Source of the DNA: Heterodontus francisci
Lineage: Eukaryota
Assembly: GCF_036365525.1 (NCBI RefSeq)
Contig: NC_090416.1
Location: 16,340,945 to 16,404,944, forward strand
Direction of reading: 5' to 3'
DNA: 64,000 bases
Made by a program: the position numbers and the translations under genes. Shown piece after piece: positions 1 to 10,400 of the stretch (position 1 is the stretch's first letter; each line of letters opens with the position of its first letter). The notes beneath the pieces are model-generated. The model saw only the letters and a program-made list of their open reading frames with translations, had not been told where the DNA came from and searched no databases.

Positions 1-129
1 GCCCAAAAGAAAATTCCTCTAATCGCCATTATTCGTACAGTTAACCACTGACTTGCACCAATATCCACCTCAACTCACCCCCACCCCCTCCCCACAAAAA
101 ATAACAGAGCAATTTGAATTCATGTCATC

Positions 130-135
130 TTTATT
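130..135 (-). terminator. PolyA signal AATAAA of IgL cluster 1
   Basis: + strand tttatt about 330 nt downstream of the C stop codon. Conserved at 16442-16447, 33158-33163 and 49505-49510. Confidence 0.7.
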
Positions 136-464
136 AAAACAGCCACACACAGAGAGATACATTTTTCAATTCTAACAAATGGTACTACTGAGAGAAAGGA
201 GAGAGGGAGCAGAACCCATCCAGCTCCAAATGGGAATGTACTCCCGGGATAGGTGGTCCTGATATTCACTGTCACCCACCTGCGCCCCCCAGTTAAAATT
301 GGATCCAAAATTGGATCGTTAAACTGCGATTGAAGTGACTGTTTCAACATCGTTGGCCACATTTGCTACAGTGATTACATTGCAAAACAACAACAACAAC
401 ATTCCACATATTGAATAATATTTCATCAGCAATAAATCAAACTCTAAACCCCAGTTGCTCCCTC

Positions 465-793
465 TCAGTCGGAACAAGCGGTGGAGCTGATGGTTTTGAG
501 GAGAGGTGAGCTCAGAGAGCCGTGGTCCACACTGCAGGTATAGCTGGAGCCCTTATTCCAGGCAGTGGCGGGGACTCTCAGGTAACTGCTCAGGCTGTAG
601 GTTTGATCACTGTCCGTGGACACAGTGCCTGTGGTCACCCCGCTGTCTGTCTCTTTATCATCCACTCTCCAGAGAACCCGCACGAAACCCGGCTTAAAGC
701 GGCTCACCAGGCAGGACAGAGTAGCCCATCCGGAGTCTATTTCTTCCGAGGAAGGAGGGAGCAGGAGAACTGATGGTTTCCGATCCTCACTAC
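465..793 (-). CDS. IGL: Ig light chain constant exon, cluster 1 (type I / sigma-cart-like)
   Basis: Acceptor cacacag|GT AGT GAG, phase 1. Translates (S)SEDRKPSVLLLPPSSEEIDSGWATLSCLVSRFKPGFVRVLWRVDD...YSLSSYL...YTCSVDHGSLSSPLLKTISSTACSD*. C1-set Cys/Trp/Cys motifs and a near-terminal Cys for the H-L disulfide. Confidence 0.96.
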
Positions 794-1799
794 CTGTGTG
801 TGAGAGACAGGGTGGAAGAAAGGAATCTCACTGTTAGTATCAATCATTTTTTCTAAAAGGCATATCCAGAATTAGTAACACATACTATAATTTAAAACAA
901 ACATTTAACTTGACTTCAGACTTAGGTAGAGACAGTAAATAATACAATAGCCTGAGTGTTTCCAGCACTCGATTTCAGATTTCCAGCATCTGCAGGATTT
1001 TGCTTTGATTGGATTAAAATTAAATATTTAGTCCAATCTTAACTCCCTGTCAATTGAGAGCTGGACTTGTACATGGATTCGAGACATTCAATATAAATTA
1101 ATTAACTGAATATTAAATACAACAGACAATATCGAATTGTTTAAAATTCAGGGGCAGATTAAAATCAAAAGTTTAAAAATTGAGGAAGTTTCACATTTCG
1201 GATAGGCTGTACTGGAGGTCTTATGGAGGTGCTCGGAGTATGTATTGGGAGTAACTCAACCTCCCAGATCCACACTCAGAGTTCGGTGATCACCTCACCA
1301 GGAAAAATTCTTTATTTATAAAAAAAAGTTTTAAAAGTAATAAAGTTCGGGGCGGTTTCCATTTAGAAAGTAGGTTAGACACTTCACATGAACGAACGAC
1401 AGCCGGAAGGAGGGGGCTGGGAAGGGAGACGGGGACTGGGGGGTAGAGAGACCGGGTGCGTTAGGAACAGACAAGATGGGGTGGGGGGGCGCAGAATGAG
1501 GCCATTCGGTCCATCGAGTCCCTGCCGCTGCCTAACCCCACTTCCCAACTTTGGGAGTCTTTTTTTGAGGTGGGGGAGGGGGTGCTAGTGTCAAACTCGA
1601 CCCCATTTGACTCTGAGTAAAATTCCTGTTTGTAAATCTTCCAGCAACACCCGGGGCAGGCTCGCTATTTATACAACAGTGCAGCGAATAGACGGAGAAG
1701 TCCACACCTGCACACTGCAGACCTGGCCGAACAGACTCGAGGGGCTGAATGGCCTTTCTCCCCTGTTCATTCTGCATTTTCTTTTGCCAATGTAGTTTT

Positions 1800-1950
1800 T
1801 CCTCGGTTCTGAGGAAAGGTCAGAGACCCGAAACTGTTCACCGTTTCTCCCTCTCTCTCCGCAGAGGCTGCCCAGACCTGCTGAGTATTTCCAGCATCTT
1901 CTGTTTTTTTTATTTCAGATTTCCAGCATCCGCAATTGTTTTGCTGCTAT
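1800..1950 (+). mobile_element. Penelope-like terminal-repeat fragment in the J-C intron (present in all units)
   Basis: ctgagga...ggtc-aga-gacc-cgaaac followed by gacctgctgagtatttccagcatc...atttcagatttccagcatc, which I recognise as a common shark interspersed repeat. A partial second copy lies near 950-1010. Confidence 0.5.
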
Positions 1951-2127
1951 TTTAGTGTTTATTTTTCTACCCTCCAGAATCCAAATTCCCAGCACTGAAT
2001 CAGTGGACAGAAAAATAAAAATCTGACCCAATTTGTTTTCACCGTTATCAGGGCAGATCCGATTCTGCAACAATAAATGAATAAATAATTGAAACAATAT
2101 GAATGATAGGATGAGGGAATTACTTAC

Positions 2128-2164
2128 TCTGTAAACTCAGGGCGGTCCCAGGTCCGAAGGTAAA
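2128..2164 (-). CDS. IGL: Ig light chain J segment, cluster 1 (FTFGPGTALSLQ)
   Basis: FGxGT motif, donor A|gtaagt, preceded by an RSS heptamer. Its phase matches the C exon. Confidence 0.95.
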
Positions 2165-2203
2165 CACAGTGCAGCGTTTTAATGGGACGGGTCACTTAAA
2201 ACC
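2165..2203 (+). promoter_or_regulatory. J recombination signal sequence, 23-bp spacer (CACAGTG-23-CTTAAAACC)
   Basis: Perfect heptamer abutting J, with a 6/9 nonamer at exactly 23 bp. Confidence 0.9.
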
Positions 2204-2518
2204 CAGGCTGGGAAGAAAGAGGGGAAAATATTAATAATCTGTCCTTTATCACATTCCCTTTCACATTCTGCCTTTCACTGGGGCCGGAATGCTGAGAGTC
2301 TGGAGAAGGATTTTCACATATCAGTGAGGAAACCCTGAGAATATCAGTGTTTACCTACCCAGCGAATAGTCCAAATATTGGGGAAAATCCAAATAAACCC
2401 ATGGAATTCCAGTGAGATTTTCCACAAGTTACATAAGGAATATTTCTGAAGCTCATCACACAGTCTCAGGCAGGAATATTTCAGTAGCTGTTGGAATTCT
2501 GAGTGGTTCTGTTGGTGC

Positions 2519-2546
2519 AGTTTTTGTATTGCCCTGTCTCACTGTG
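2519..2546 (-). promoter_or_regulatory. V recombination signal sequence, 12-bp spacer (CACAGTG-12-ACAAAAACT)
   Basis: Perfect heptamer and 8/9 nonamer at exactly 12 bp. Confidence 0.95.
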
Positions 2547-2874
2547 TATGTAGCTGCTGAGCCATCGTTGGCAGCACAGTAATAGACGGCGGAGTCTCCC
2601 GGTTCCAAGCTGCCGATGGTCAGAATGTGACTGTTACTGGAGGTGTCTCTGGAAGGTTTAAAACGGTCCGTGAAGCCGGTGCCTCGATAGATGCTACCAC
2701 TTGTATAGTGGGCTAACACCCACACCGGAGCCTCCCCGGGTCTCTGTCGGTACCAGTACATGTAGTAACTGCCCACATTGCCGTTCTGCATCGCACACTT
2801 TAACTCGGAGGTCTCACCGGCGGAGACTGGGTCTGAAATTGGGGTCTGATTGAGGACAGGAACCGCCAGGACAC
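2547..2874 (-). CDS. IGL: Ig light chain V exon, cluster 1 (germline, unrearranged)
   Basis: Acceptor ttgaag|GT GTC. Translates GVLAVPVLNQTP...ELKC...WYRQRPG...DRFKPSRDTSSNSHILTIGSLEPGDSAVYYCAANDGSAAT with no stops, followed by a 12-RSS. Confidence 0.96.
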
Positions 2875-3036
2875 CTTCAACACAAAACACAAGAGAGAGA
2901 AAAACACATTCAGTATATTGGAGCAAAAAAACACACTGATAAATAAACAGGCCGGGCTACCAAATCCCTTTGCTTCCTAATCTAATGGTTTACAAATGAA
3001 TAATTGAGTAACGTTCTGTTAACATAAGTCTCTCAC

Positions 3037-3085
3037 CTGTTAAATGGAGTAGCAGGGTCCCCAGGAGATACATTACTGCAGCCAT
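3037..3085 (-). CDS. IGL: Ig light chain leader exon, cluster 1 (MAAVMYLLGTLLLHLT-G)
   Basis: ATG, hydrophobic signal peptide, 49 nt, donor G|gtgaga, phase 1 matching the V exon. Confidence 0.92.
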
Positions 3086-3190
3086 TCCCTCCGGGGGGGA
3101 AAAAAACCCGTGAAGAATTAGTGAGCAGGGTTTTACTGTAACTCCAGAAAGTGGATCCAGTTACAGTGCCGGACAAGGTGAGACCAGTAT

Positions 3191-3330
3191 CTATTATATG
3201 AACCTGTATGCAAATACAGGGAGGGTTGAGAGGAGCAGGGGCGGCGGGGGGTTGGGGGGGGGGGGTGGGTGGGGGGGGGGGGGGGGTGGACCAGACCAGA
3301 TTTTTTTTATTGAGCCTCTATTGGTCCCCA
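3191..3330 (-). promoter_or_regulatory. IgL V promoter, cluster 1: TATA-like (TATAATA about 3192-3198), octamer ATTTGCAT (3208-3215), C-rich tract, CCAAT (about 3320-3324)
   Basis: Octamer in the light-chain orientation about 125 bp upstream of the leader ATG. Confidence 0.85.
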
Positions 3331-4149
3331 ATTAAACATTTCCATGTATTTATTTCCACCGAGTTGAGGGTTAATTCACAATAATTTCTGATTTTAACCC
3401 CTCCTTCTCATGTCAAGAGTGTGAGATTTAAAAGAACAACTGTAGAAATTGCACATTTTATCCCAGATGGTCAAAGACAAAAGCCCTTCAGAATCCAGTG
3501 CCTTGAATTCATCCAGAACAAGTTTAACCCAGCGATCGTTAAGGATTTGTTTTTTTTTATATTTGGGTCTGCAATGTGTACTTAAACACATATCTTTATA
3601 TCCAACACGCTGGTGTTTGAAACAAAGCAGTTCATTGGAAGGATTGGAATGGAAGAGATTGACTGGACTGCTTCTCTGAGCTGCTCTTTTTTCCTATCCG
3701 CCACTGTACAAGTGCACTGCTTGTCCTGGCGTTTGAGCCGAGTGTCGGGTCAAAACACTCGTTTCTCACTCAGGCCGACGTTCAGAAACAGCCAGAATCA
3801 ACTCCAATATCCGTTTTAATTGGTAATGCAACGAGGAGTGAGATTCTGACCGGGCAAGCTGACTGCTCGGCTAGTTTCTGTGTTGTGTCCGGATCCTGTG
3901 TTAAGTCCAGTTTCAATGAAATGTGTTTTCCTGCTGCAACAGTTCCTGCCCTGACTTTTTTTTGTTGCAACTAAACCACATGTATCGGAACCTCAGTCCC
4001 AGGCATACATTTGTTTTAACATTCCATTTCAGATGTTTTATGTCAATCACTCGATGCCAAGGGAAAACTTGCAACAAGTTGCTCGTGAGAGGAGTTAGTT
4101 TCTTTAAAATGAATATTTTCTATCTTTTTATTTAAAATTCACTTAATTG

Positions 4150-4915
4150 GATGTGGACATCACTTGGCCCTGCCCGCATTTATTGCCCATCCCTCATTGC
4201 CGTTGAGGGCGGCACAGTGGCGCAGTGGTTAGCATTACAGCCTCACAGCTCCACGAACCCGGGTTCGATTCCGGGTACTGCCTGTGTGGAGTTTGCAAGT
4301 TCTCCCTGTGTCTGCGTGGGTTTTCTCCGGGTGCTCCGGTTTCCTCCCACAAGCCAAAAGACTTGCAGGTTGATAGGTAAATTGGCCATTATAAATTGTC
4401 ACTAATATAGGTAGGTGGTAGGGTAATATAGGGACAGGTGGGGATGTTTGGTGGGAATATGGGATTAGTGTAGGATTAGTATAAATGGGTGGTTGATGTT
4501 CGGCACAGACTCGGTGGGCCGAAGGGACTGTTTCATTGCTGCATCTCTAATCTAATCTAAAGGTGGTGGTGGAGTCGCCTTCTTGAACTGCTACAGTGCA
4601 GTGGTTTTTGTACAACAGAACTGAGGGCAGTTAAGAGTCAACCACATTGCCGTGGGTCTGGAGTCACATGTCGGCCAGACCAGGTGAGGACGGCAGATTT
4701 CCTTCCCTAAAAGGACATTTGTGAAACAGATGGTTTTTTGTTAATGAACATTCAATTTATGGTCACCATTACTGAGACTAGGTTTCAATTCCAATTTTTC
4801 TTTTAATTAATTAGTTGAATTTAAATTCCATGGTGGGATTTGAACTCGTGTCTCCAGAGCATTATCCTGGGCCTCTGGATTAGTAATATCTAGTGCCATA
4901 ACTACTACGCCACCT
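4150..4915 (-). mobile_element. tRNA-derived SINE (minus strand), interrupted by the V-SINE
   Basis: The reverse complement of 4830-4912 has A-box/B-box-like features (...agttcaaatcccacc). The LINE-type tail gggatgggcaataaatgc lies at about 4175-4192. Uninterrupted in unit 2 (about 20460-20885). Confidence 0.55.
4207..4560 (+). mobile_element. V-SINE (HE1-like), unit 1
   Basis: tRNA head (gtggcgcagtggttagc; ggttcgattcc), V-domain gtgtggagtttgca...gggtgctccggtttcctcccac, and LINE-derived tail gggccgaaggg...(tctaa)n. Confidence 0.85.
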
Positions 4916-4934
4916 TGTGATGGATCAATATTAA

Positions 4935-5290
4935 TTCTAGAAATGTGATAGGATTTGAGCCAGTGAAAGGGAGAGGGTGGGAAGAAGAACAGCAGGGAAG
5001 GTCTGTGACAGGGGTGGAGGGCAGGAGAGATTAAATGACAAAAAGGGTGTCAAGGTGCAAAGCCAAAGGGAGTGGTAATAAAAGATGTGTCTGGAGGAGA
5101 TGTGAATGGCAGGATCGGAACACAAAGTAAAGGAAATAAGAGGTAAACAAGAGAGATAAAATAACAAATCAGCAAAGAAAAGGGCAACAAAAATGAGGGC
5201 AGGGGGGTTACAAACTAAAATTGTAGAATTCAGTGTTGAGTCCGGAAGGTTGTAGAGTGCCCAGTCGAAAGATGAGGTGCTGTTCCTGCA
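4935..5290 (-). mobile_element. Penelope-like element 3' fragment (GIY-YIG C-terminus plus 3' flank); also near 20903-21258, 37972-38340, 54296-54650
   Basis: The minus strand from 5288 translates QEQHLIFRLGTLQPSGLNTEFYNFSL*, resembling the C-terminal motif of the Penelope endonuclease. Confidence 0.65.
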
Positions 5291-5540
5291 GTTAGCCTCC
5301 GATTACTGACATGTTCAGTCAAGTCAGTGTCGACTAGCTGCCCCCTAGACAGAGAATTTCACCCCTCCCCCATTCAAAATCCATTTCTGATTGGTCTCCA
5401 CAGCAGAAACAGACCCACCTCCCTCCCCTCCCACCAGGCAGATTCTCTGGGTCATTTTCAACTAACCCTAACCTGCATTACTATAGAGACCTCAGGATGT
5501 CCTAAAGACAGACAAATAAACACCTGTTTTGAAGTTTTGT

Positions 5541-5655
5541 CATTGTAACATCGTAATAAAGTGTTTTCCCCTGCTCCCCTTGACCCCCTCCCTGTATTTG
5601 CATATTGACTAATATATAGATACTAGTCTTCTCCGGGTTCCCGGAGTTACAGTAA
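5541..5655 (+). promoter_or_regulatory. Inverted paralogue of the IgL V promoter, unit 1 (octamer 5596-5603; 61-bp upstream deletion)
   Basis: 5586-5604 is the exact reverse complement of 3207-3225. Further blocks align: cccctgctcc, tagatact(a/g)gtct and ggagttacagtaa. Confidence 0.75.
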
Positions 5656-5714
5656 TATTGTTGAAGTGAAAGCACAATTGCTAAATGTGTGAGAAGCTGA
5701 ACTCAGCTTTGCCC

Positions 5715-5835
5715 ATGTAGTTGAATGGAGAGTGCACATATGTAGTTAAATGGAGTCATCCTCGTATGTAGTTAAATGGAGTCATCCGCGTATGTAGTTA
5801 AATGGAGTCATCCACGTATGTAGTTAAATGGAGTG
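5715..5835 (+). repeat. About 26-bp tandem repeat (atgtagttaaatggagtcatccacgt)
   Basis: About 5 imperfect copies in unit 1 and about 4 in the other units. Confidence 0.8.
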
Positions 5836-6094
5836 TGCCAGTGTGCAGTAAAATGGGGTTGTGCACATGTCTAATGGAAAGCAGTTCAGCACCTCTAGGT
5901 TCATAGAATCTCTCACTTTGCACAGCAGATGTCACATGGCTGCAGCTTTGCCCAGGGAGCCTACCCGGTTCACACAGGATAGGCCAGGTGTTAAAGCAAG
6001 AGCATTTGGTGTTGCCTATTGAAGCTTGCACAGCGGTTAAAGGAAAATACAATTAAAGCTCACAAGATGGGAATCTTGTAAAGTGTCAGCCATG

Positions 6095-6635
6095 GCCTCG
6101 TGGCTTCAAGTCACAATCCAGAGACTTGAGCACAAAAAGCAGTCTCACATTCGCCGTGTAGTACTGAGGGAGTGCTGCACTGTCAAAGGGTCAGTACTGA
6201 GTGAGTGCCGCACTCAGAGGGTCAGTACTGAGGGAGTGCTGCATTGTCAGAGGGTCAGTCCTGAGGGAGCGCTGAACTGTTGGAGGGTCAGTACTGAGGG
6301 AGTGCTGAACTGTTGGAGGGTCAGTACTGAGGGAGTGCTGCACTGTCGGAGGGTCAGTACTGAGGGAGTGCTGCACTGTCTGAGGTGCCATATTCACAAG
6401 TCCCCCTCAGGTGGACATTATCGATCCCATGACTCTATTTGAAGGAGAGCAGGTGCCCTGGACAATATATATTCCAACATTAACACCTAAAGCTGTAACT
6501 GGTCATTATCACATTGCTATTTGTGGGAGCTTGCTGTGTAAATGACTGTCAGATTTCCTGCATTTCAACAGTGACTACATTTCAAAACACACTTCAAAAG
6601 TACGTCATTAGATGTAAACCACTTTGGGGCAGCCT
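6095..6635 (+). mobile_element. DeuSINE (SacSINE1/AmnSINE1-like) with an internal 30-bp minisatellite, unit 1
   Basis: ttcaagtc..tccagagacttgagcac..gtactgagggagtgctgcactgtc..ctcaggtggac..ctggtcattatcacattgct..gtgggagcttgctgtg..caacagtgactac..cttcaaaagtac matches the Deu-domain SINE as I recall it. Confidence 0.75.
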
Positions 6636-6649
6636 AGTGATCAGACCTC

Positions 6650-7215
6650 TCTGTCTCTCCATCTGTCTATCTNNNNNNNNNNNNNNNNNNNNNNNNNNNN
6701 NNNNNNNNNNNNNNNNNNNNNNNNNNNNNNNNNNNNNNNNNNNNNNNNNNNNNNNNNNNNNNNNNNNNNNNNNNNNNNNNNNNNNNNNNNNNNNNNNNNN
6801 NNNNNNNNNNNNNNNNNNNNNNNNNNNNNNNNNNNNNNNNNNNNNNNNNNNNNNNNNNNNNNNNNNNNNNNNNNNNNNNNNNNNNNNNNNNNNNNNNNNN
6901 NNNNNNNNNNTTCTCTCCATATCTATCTATCTCTCTATCTATCTATCTATCTATCTGTCTATCCATCTATCTGTCCATCTCTTGCTATCTATCTATCTAT
7001 CTGTTTATCTGTTTATCTATCTGTCTGTTTATCTATCNNNNNNNNNNNNNNNNNNNNNNNNNNNNNNNNNNNNNNNNNNNNNNNNNNNNNNNNNNNNNNN
7101 NNNNNNNNNNNNNNNNNNNNNNNNNNNNNNNNNNNNNNNNNNNNNNNNNNNNNNNNNNNNNNNNNNNNNNNNNNNNNNNNNNNNNNNNNNNNNNNNNNNN
7201 NNNNCTGTCAATCGA
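6650..7215. repeat. (TATC/TGTC)n microsatellite, partly N; equivalents at 23020-23650, 39898-40238, 56208-56918
   Basis: Directly visible tetranucleotide repeats flank the N runs. Confidence 0.9.
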
Positions 7216-7216
7216 T

Positions 7217-7415
7217 CTCGGAGGGCGGAGTTCCAGACCGGTAAGTGCAAAAACCTTACTTCGGGGATTCTCGGACAGACTCGGAGGGCGGAATTAACCT
7301 CGGTGATTCTCGGACAGACTCGGAGGGCGGAGTTAACCTCGGGGATTCTCGGACAGACTCGGAGGGCGGAGTTAACCTCGGGGATTCTCGGACAGACTCG
7401 GAGGGCGGTGTTCTC
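7217..7415 (+). repeat. 39-bp CpG-rich minisatellite (about 4 copies)
   Basis: Monomer tcggggattctcggacagactcggagggcggagttaacc. Confidence 0.92.
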
Positions 7416-7469
7416 CTCGATGGGTCGAAGGGCCTGTTTCAGTGCTGTATCTCTAAATAAAAAATAAAA

Positions 7470-10400
7470 ATAAATAAAATAATATTTATAGTAGAAATCT
7501 AGCACTGGGGACCATATCGTTTATTATAACAATTTAGTAAGGATTTAATAAGTATTTATTTTATATTAATTAACTAATTAGTGATAGAAATGTCAGTTAA
7601 AGGGGTGAAGTGCTTCACCTGTGAGATGTGGGAAGTCCGTGACACTTCCAGCATTCCGGGCGACTCCGCCTGCAGGAAGTTTACCCAGTTGCAGCTCCTC
7701 ACAGACCACATGGATCGGTTGGAGCGGCAACTGGAAGCACTTGGGAGCATGCAGGTGGCAGAGAGCGTCATAGACAGGAGTTTTAGAGAAGTGGTTGCAC
7801 CCAATGTGCAGGCAGATAGATGGGTGACCGCTAGAAGGAGCAGGCAGTCAGTGCAGGAATCCCCTGTGGCTATCCCCTTCTCCAACAAGTATACAGTTTT
7901 GGATACTGTTGGGGGGGATGGCCGAGCAGGGGAAAACAACAGCAGCAGCCAGAGCAGTGGCACCACGGCTATCACTGTTGTTCAGCAGGGAGGGACAAAG
8001 CGCAAAGAACAATAGTTATAGGGGACTCTATAGTCAGGGGCACAGATAGGCGCATCTGTGGACGTGAAAGAGACTCCAGGATGGTATGTTGCCTCCCTGG
8101 TGCCAGGGTGAAGGATGTCTCTGAACGGACAGGGGGCATTCTGAAGGGCGAGGGTGAACAGCCAGAGGTTGTGGTACACATCGGTACCAATGACAAAGGC
8201 AGGAAGAGTGCTGAGGGCCTGCAGGGGGAGTTTAGGTAGTCAGGTAGAAAGTTGTAATCTCTGGATTAAACCCTGTGCCACGTGCCAGAGAGGATAGAAA
8301 TAGGAAGATACTGCAGCTAAACACGTGGCTGAGCAGCTGGTGTCGAAGGGAGGGTTTCAGATATCTGGACCATTGGGCTCTCTTCAGGGACAGATGGGAC
8401 CTGTACAAGAAGGACGGGTTGCATCTAAACTGGAGGGGCACTAATATCCTGGCTGCAAAGTTTGCCAGCGTCACTCGGGAGGGTTTAAACTAGTGTGGCA
8501 GGGGGGTGGGAACCAGAGCAGTGGGACAGCTAGAAAAATAAATGAGGAGGACATAGTAAATAAGGCCAGTAAGACTAAGTGGAAGAGCAGGCAGGAAGAT
8601 GTTGCTGAGCACAGCGGGACTGGTGCTCTGAAGTACATTTCTTTCAATGCGAGAAGTATAGCAGGTAAGGCAGATGAAATTAGAGCTTGGATTAGTACTT
8701 GGAAATATGATGTTGTTGCTATTACAGAGACTTGGTTGAGGGAAGGGCAGGATTGGCAGCTAAATGTTCCAGGCTTTAGAAGCTTCAGGTGGGATAGAGG
8801 GGGATGTAAAAGGGGTGGGGGAGTTGCATTACTGGTTAAGGAGAATATCACAGCTGTACTGCGGGAGGACACCTCAGAGGGGTCATGCAGCGAGGCAATA
8901 TGGGTGGAGCTCAGGAATAGGAAGGGTGCAGTCACGAAGTTGGGGGTTTACTACAGGCCTCCCAACAGCCAGCGGGAGGTAGAGGACAAGATATGTAGAC
9001 AGATTTTGGAAAGATGTAAAGGTAACAGGATTGTGGTGGTGGGTGATTTTAACTTCCCCGATATTGACTGGGACTCACTTAGTGCTAGGGGCTTGAATGG
9101 GGCAGAATTTGTGAGGAGCATCCAGGAGGGCTTCTTGAAACAGAATGTAGATAGTCCAACTAGGGATGGGGCCATTCTGGACCTGGTATTGGGGAATGAG
9201 CCCGGCCAGGTGGTCGAAGTTTCAGTGGGGGAACATTTCGGGAGCAGTGACCATAATTCCATAAGTTTTAAGGTACTTGTGGATAAGGATAAGAGTAGTC
9301 CTCGGGTGAAGGTGCGAACTTGGGGGAAGGCTAATTATAACAATATTAGGCAGGAATTGAAGAATTTAGATTGGGGGCGGCTGTTTGAGGGTAAATCAAC
9401 ATCTGACATGTGGGAGTCTTTCAAACGTCAGCTGATTAGAATCCAGGACCAGCATGTTCCTGTGAGGAAGAAAGACAAGTTTGGCATGTTTCGGGAAATT
9501 TGGATAACACTGGATGTTGTGAGCCTAGTCAAAAAGGAAAAGGAAGCATTTGTAAGGGCTGGAAGGTTAGGAACAGACGAAGCACTTGAGGAATATAAAG
9601 ACAGTGGGAAGGAACTTAAGCAAGGAGTTAGGAGGGCTAAAAGGGGTCATAAAAAGTCATTGGCAAACAGGATTAAGGAGAATCCGAAGTCTTTTTATAC
9701 ATGTATAAAGAGCAAGAGGGTACCAGGGAAAGGGTTGGCCCACTCAAGGATAGAGATGGGAATCTATGTGTGGAGCCAGAGGGAATGGGCGAGGTGCTAA
9801 ATGAGTACTTTGCATCAGTATTCACCAAAGAGAAGGACTTGGTGGATGATGAGCCTAGGGAAGGGAGTGCAGATAGTCTCAGTCATGTCATTATTAAAAA
9901 GGAGGAGGTGTTGGGTGTCTTGCAAAGCATTAAGGTAGATACGTCCCCAGGGCCTGATGGGATCTACCCTAGAATACTGAGGGAGGCAATGGAAGAAATT
10001 GCTGGGGCCTTGACAGAAATCTTTGCATCATCATTGGCTACAGGTGAGGCCCCAGAGGACTGGAGAACAGCCAATGTTGTTCCTTTGTTTAAGAAGGGTG
10101 GCAAGGATAATCCAGGAAATTATAGGCCGGTGAGCCTTACGTCAGTGGTTGGGAAATTATTAGAGAGGATTCTTCGGGATAGAATTTACTCCCATTTGGA
10201 AACAAACGAACTTATTAGCGAGAGACTGCATGGTTTTGTGCTGGGGAGGTCATGTCTTACTAATTTGATTGAGTTTTTTGAGGAAGTGACGAAGATGATT
10301 GATGAAGGAAGGGCAGTGGATGTTATCTAAATGGAATTTATTAAAGCCTTTGACAAGGTCCCGCATGGCAGACTGGTACAAAAGATAAAGTCACACGGGA

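Noticed and set aside
120-362. 80-aa ORF conserved in all four units
   Set aside because: It lies in the C 3' UTR, has no recognisable domain, and its conservation is explained by recent duplication.
621-627. Perfect CACAGTG in the C exon, and another in the V-SINE head (about 4213-4219)
   Set aside because: Neither has a nonamer at either spacing, and chance occurrences are expected.
2346-2357. Inverted echo of the J 5' end (gtgtttacct) in the V-J spacer
   Set aside because: Only about 10 bp, with no heptamer or FGxG continuation.
2575-2581. Cryptic heptamer (TACTGTG at the YYC codons) suggesting V replacement
   Set aside because: It is dictated by the Tyr-Cys codons, and there is no nonamer at 12 or 23 bp.
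2128-2874. Germline-joined VJ gene
   Set aside because: V and J are separated by about 380 bp with both RSSs intact in all four clusters.
2456-2926. ORF-track V ORFs extending beyond the exon (e.g. ...TVRQGNTKT)
   Set aside because: They read through intron and RSS sequence. The true boundaries are set by the splice acceptor and the heptamer.
4207-4285. tRNA gene
   Set aside because: It is the tRNA-derived head of a SINE that continues into the V-domain and LINE tail.
6673-7204. N runs as meaningful structure
   Set aside because: They fall only inside (TATC)n tracts and look like masking or gaps. They are noted only as a caveat on unit lengths and assembly.
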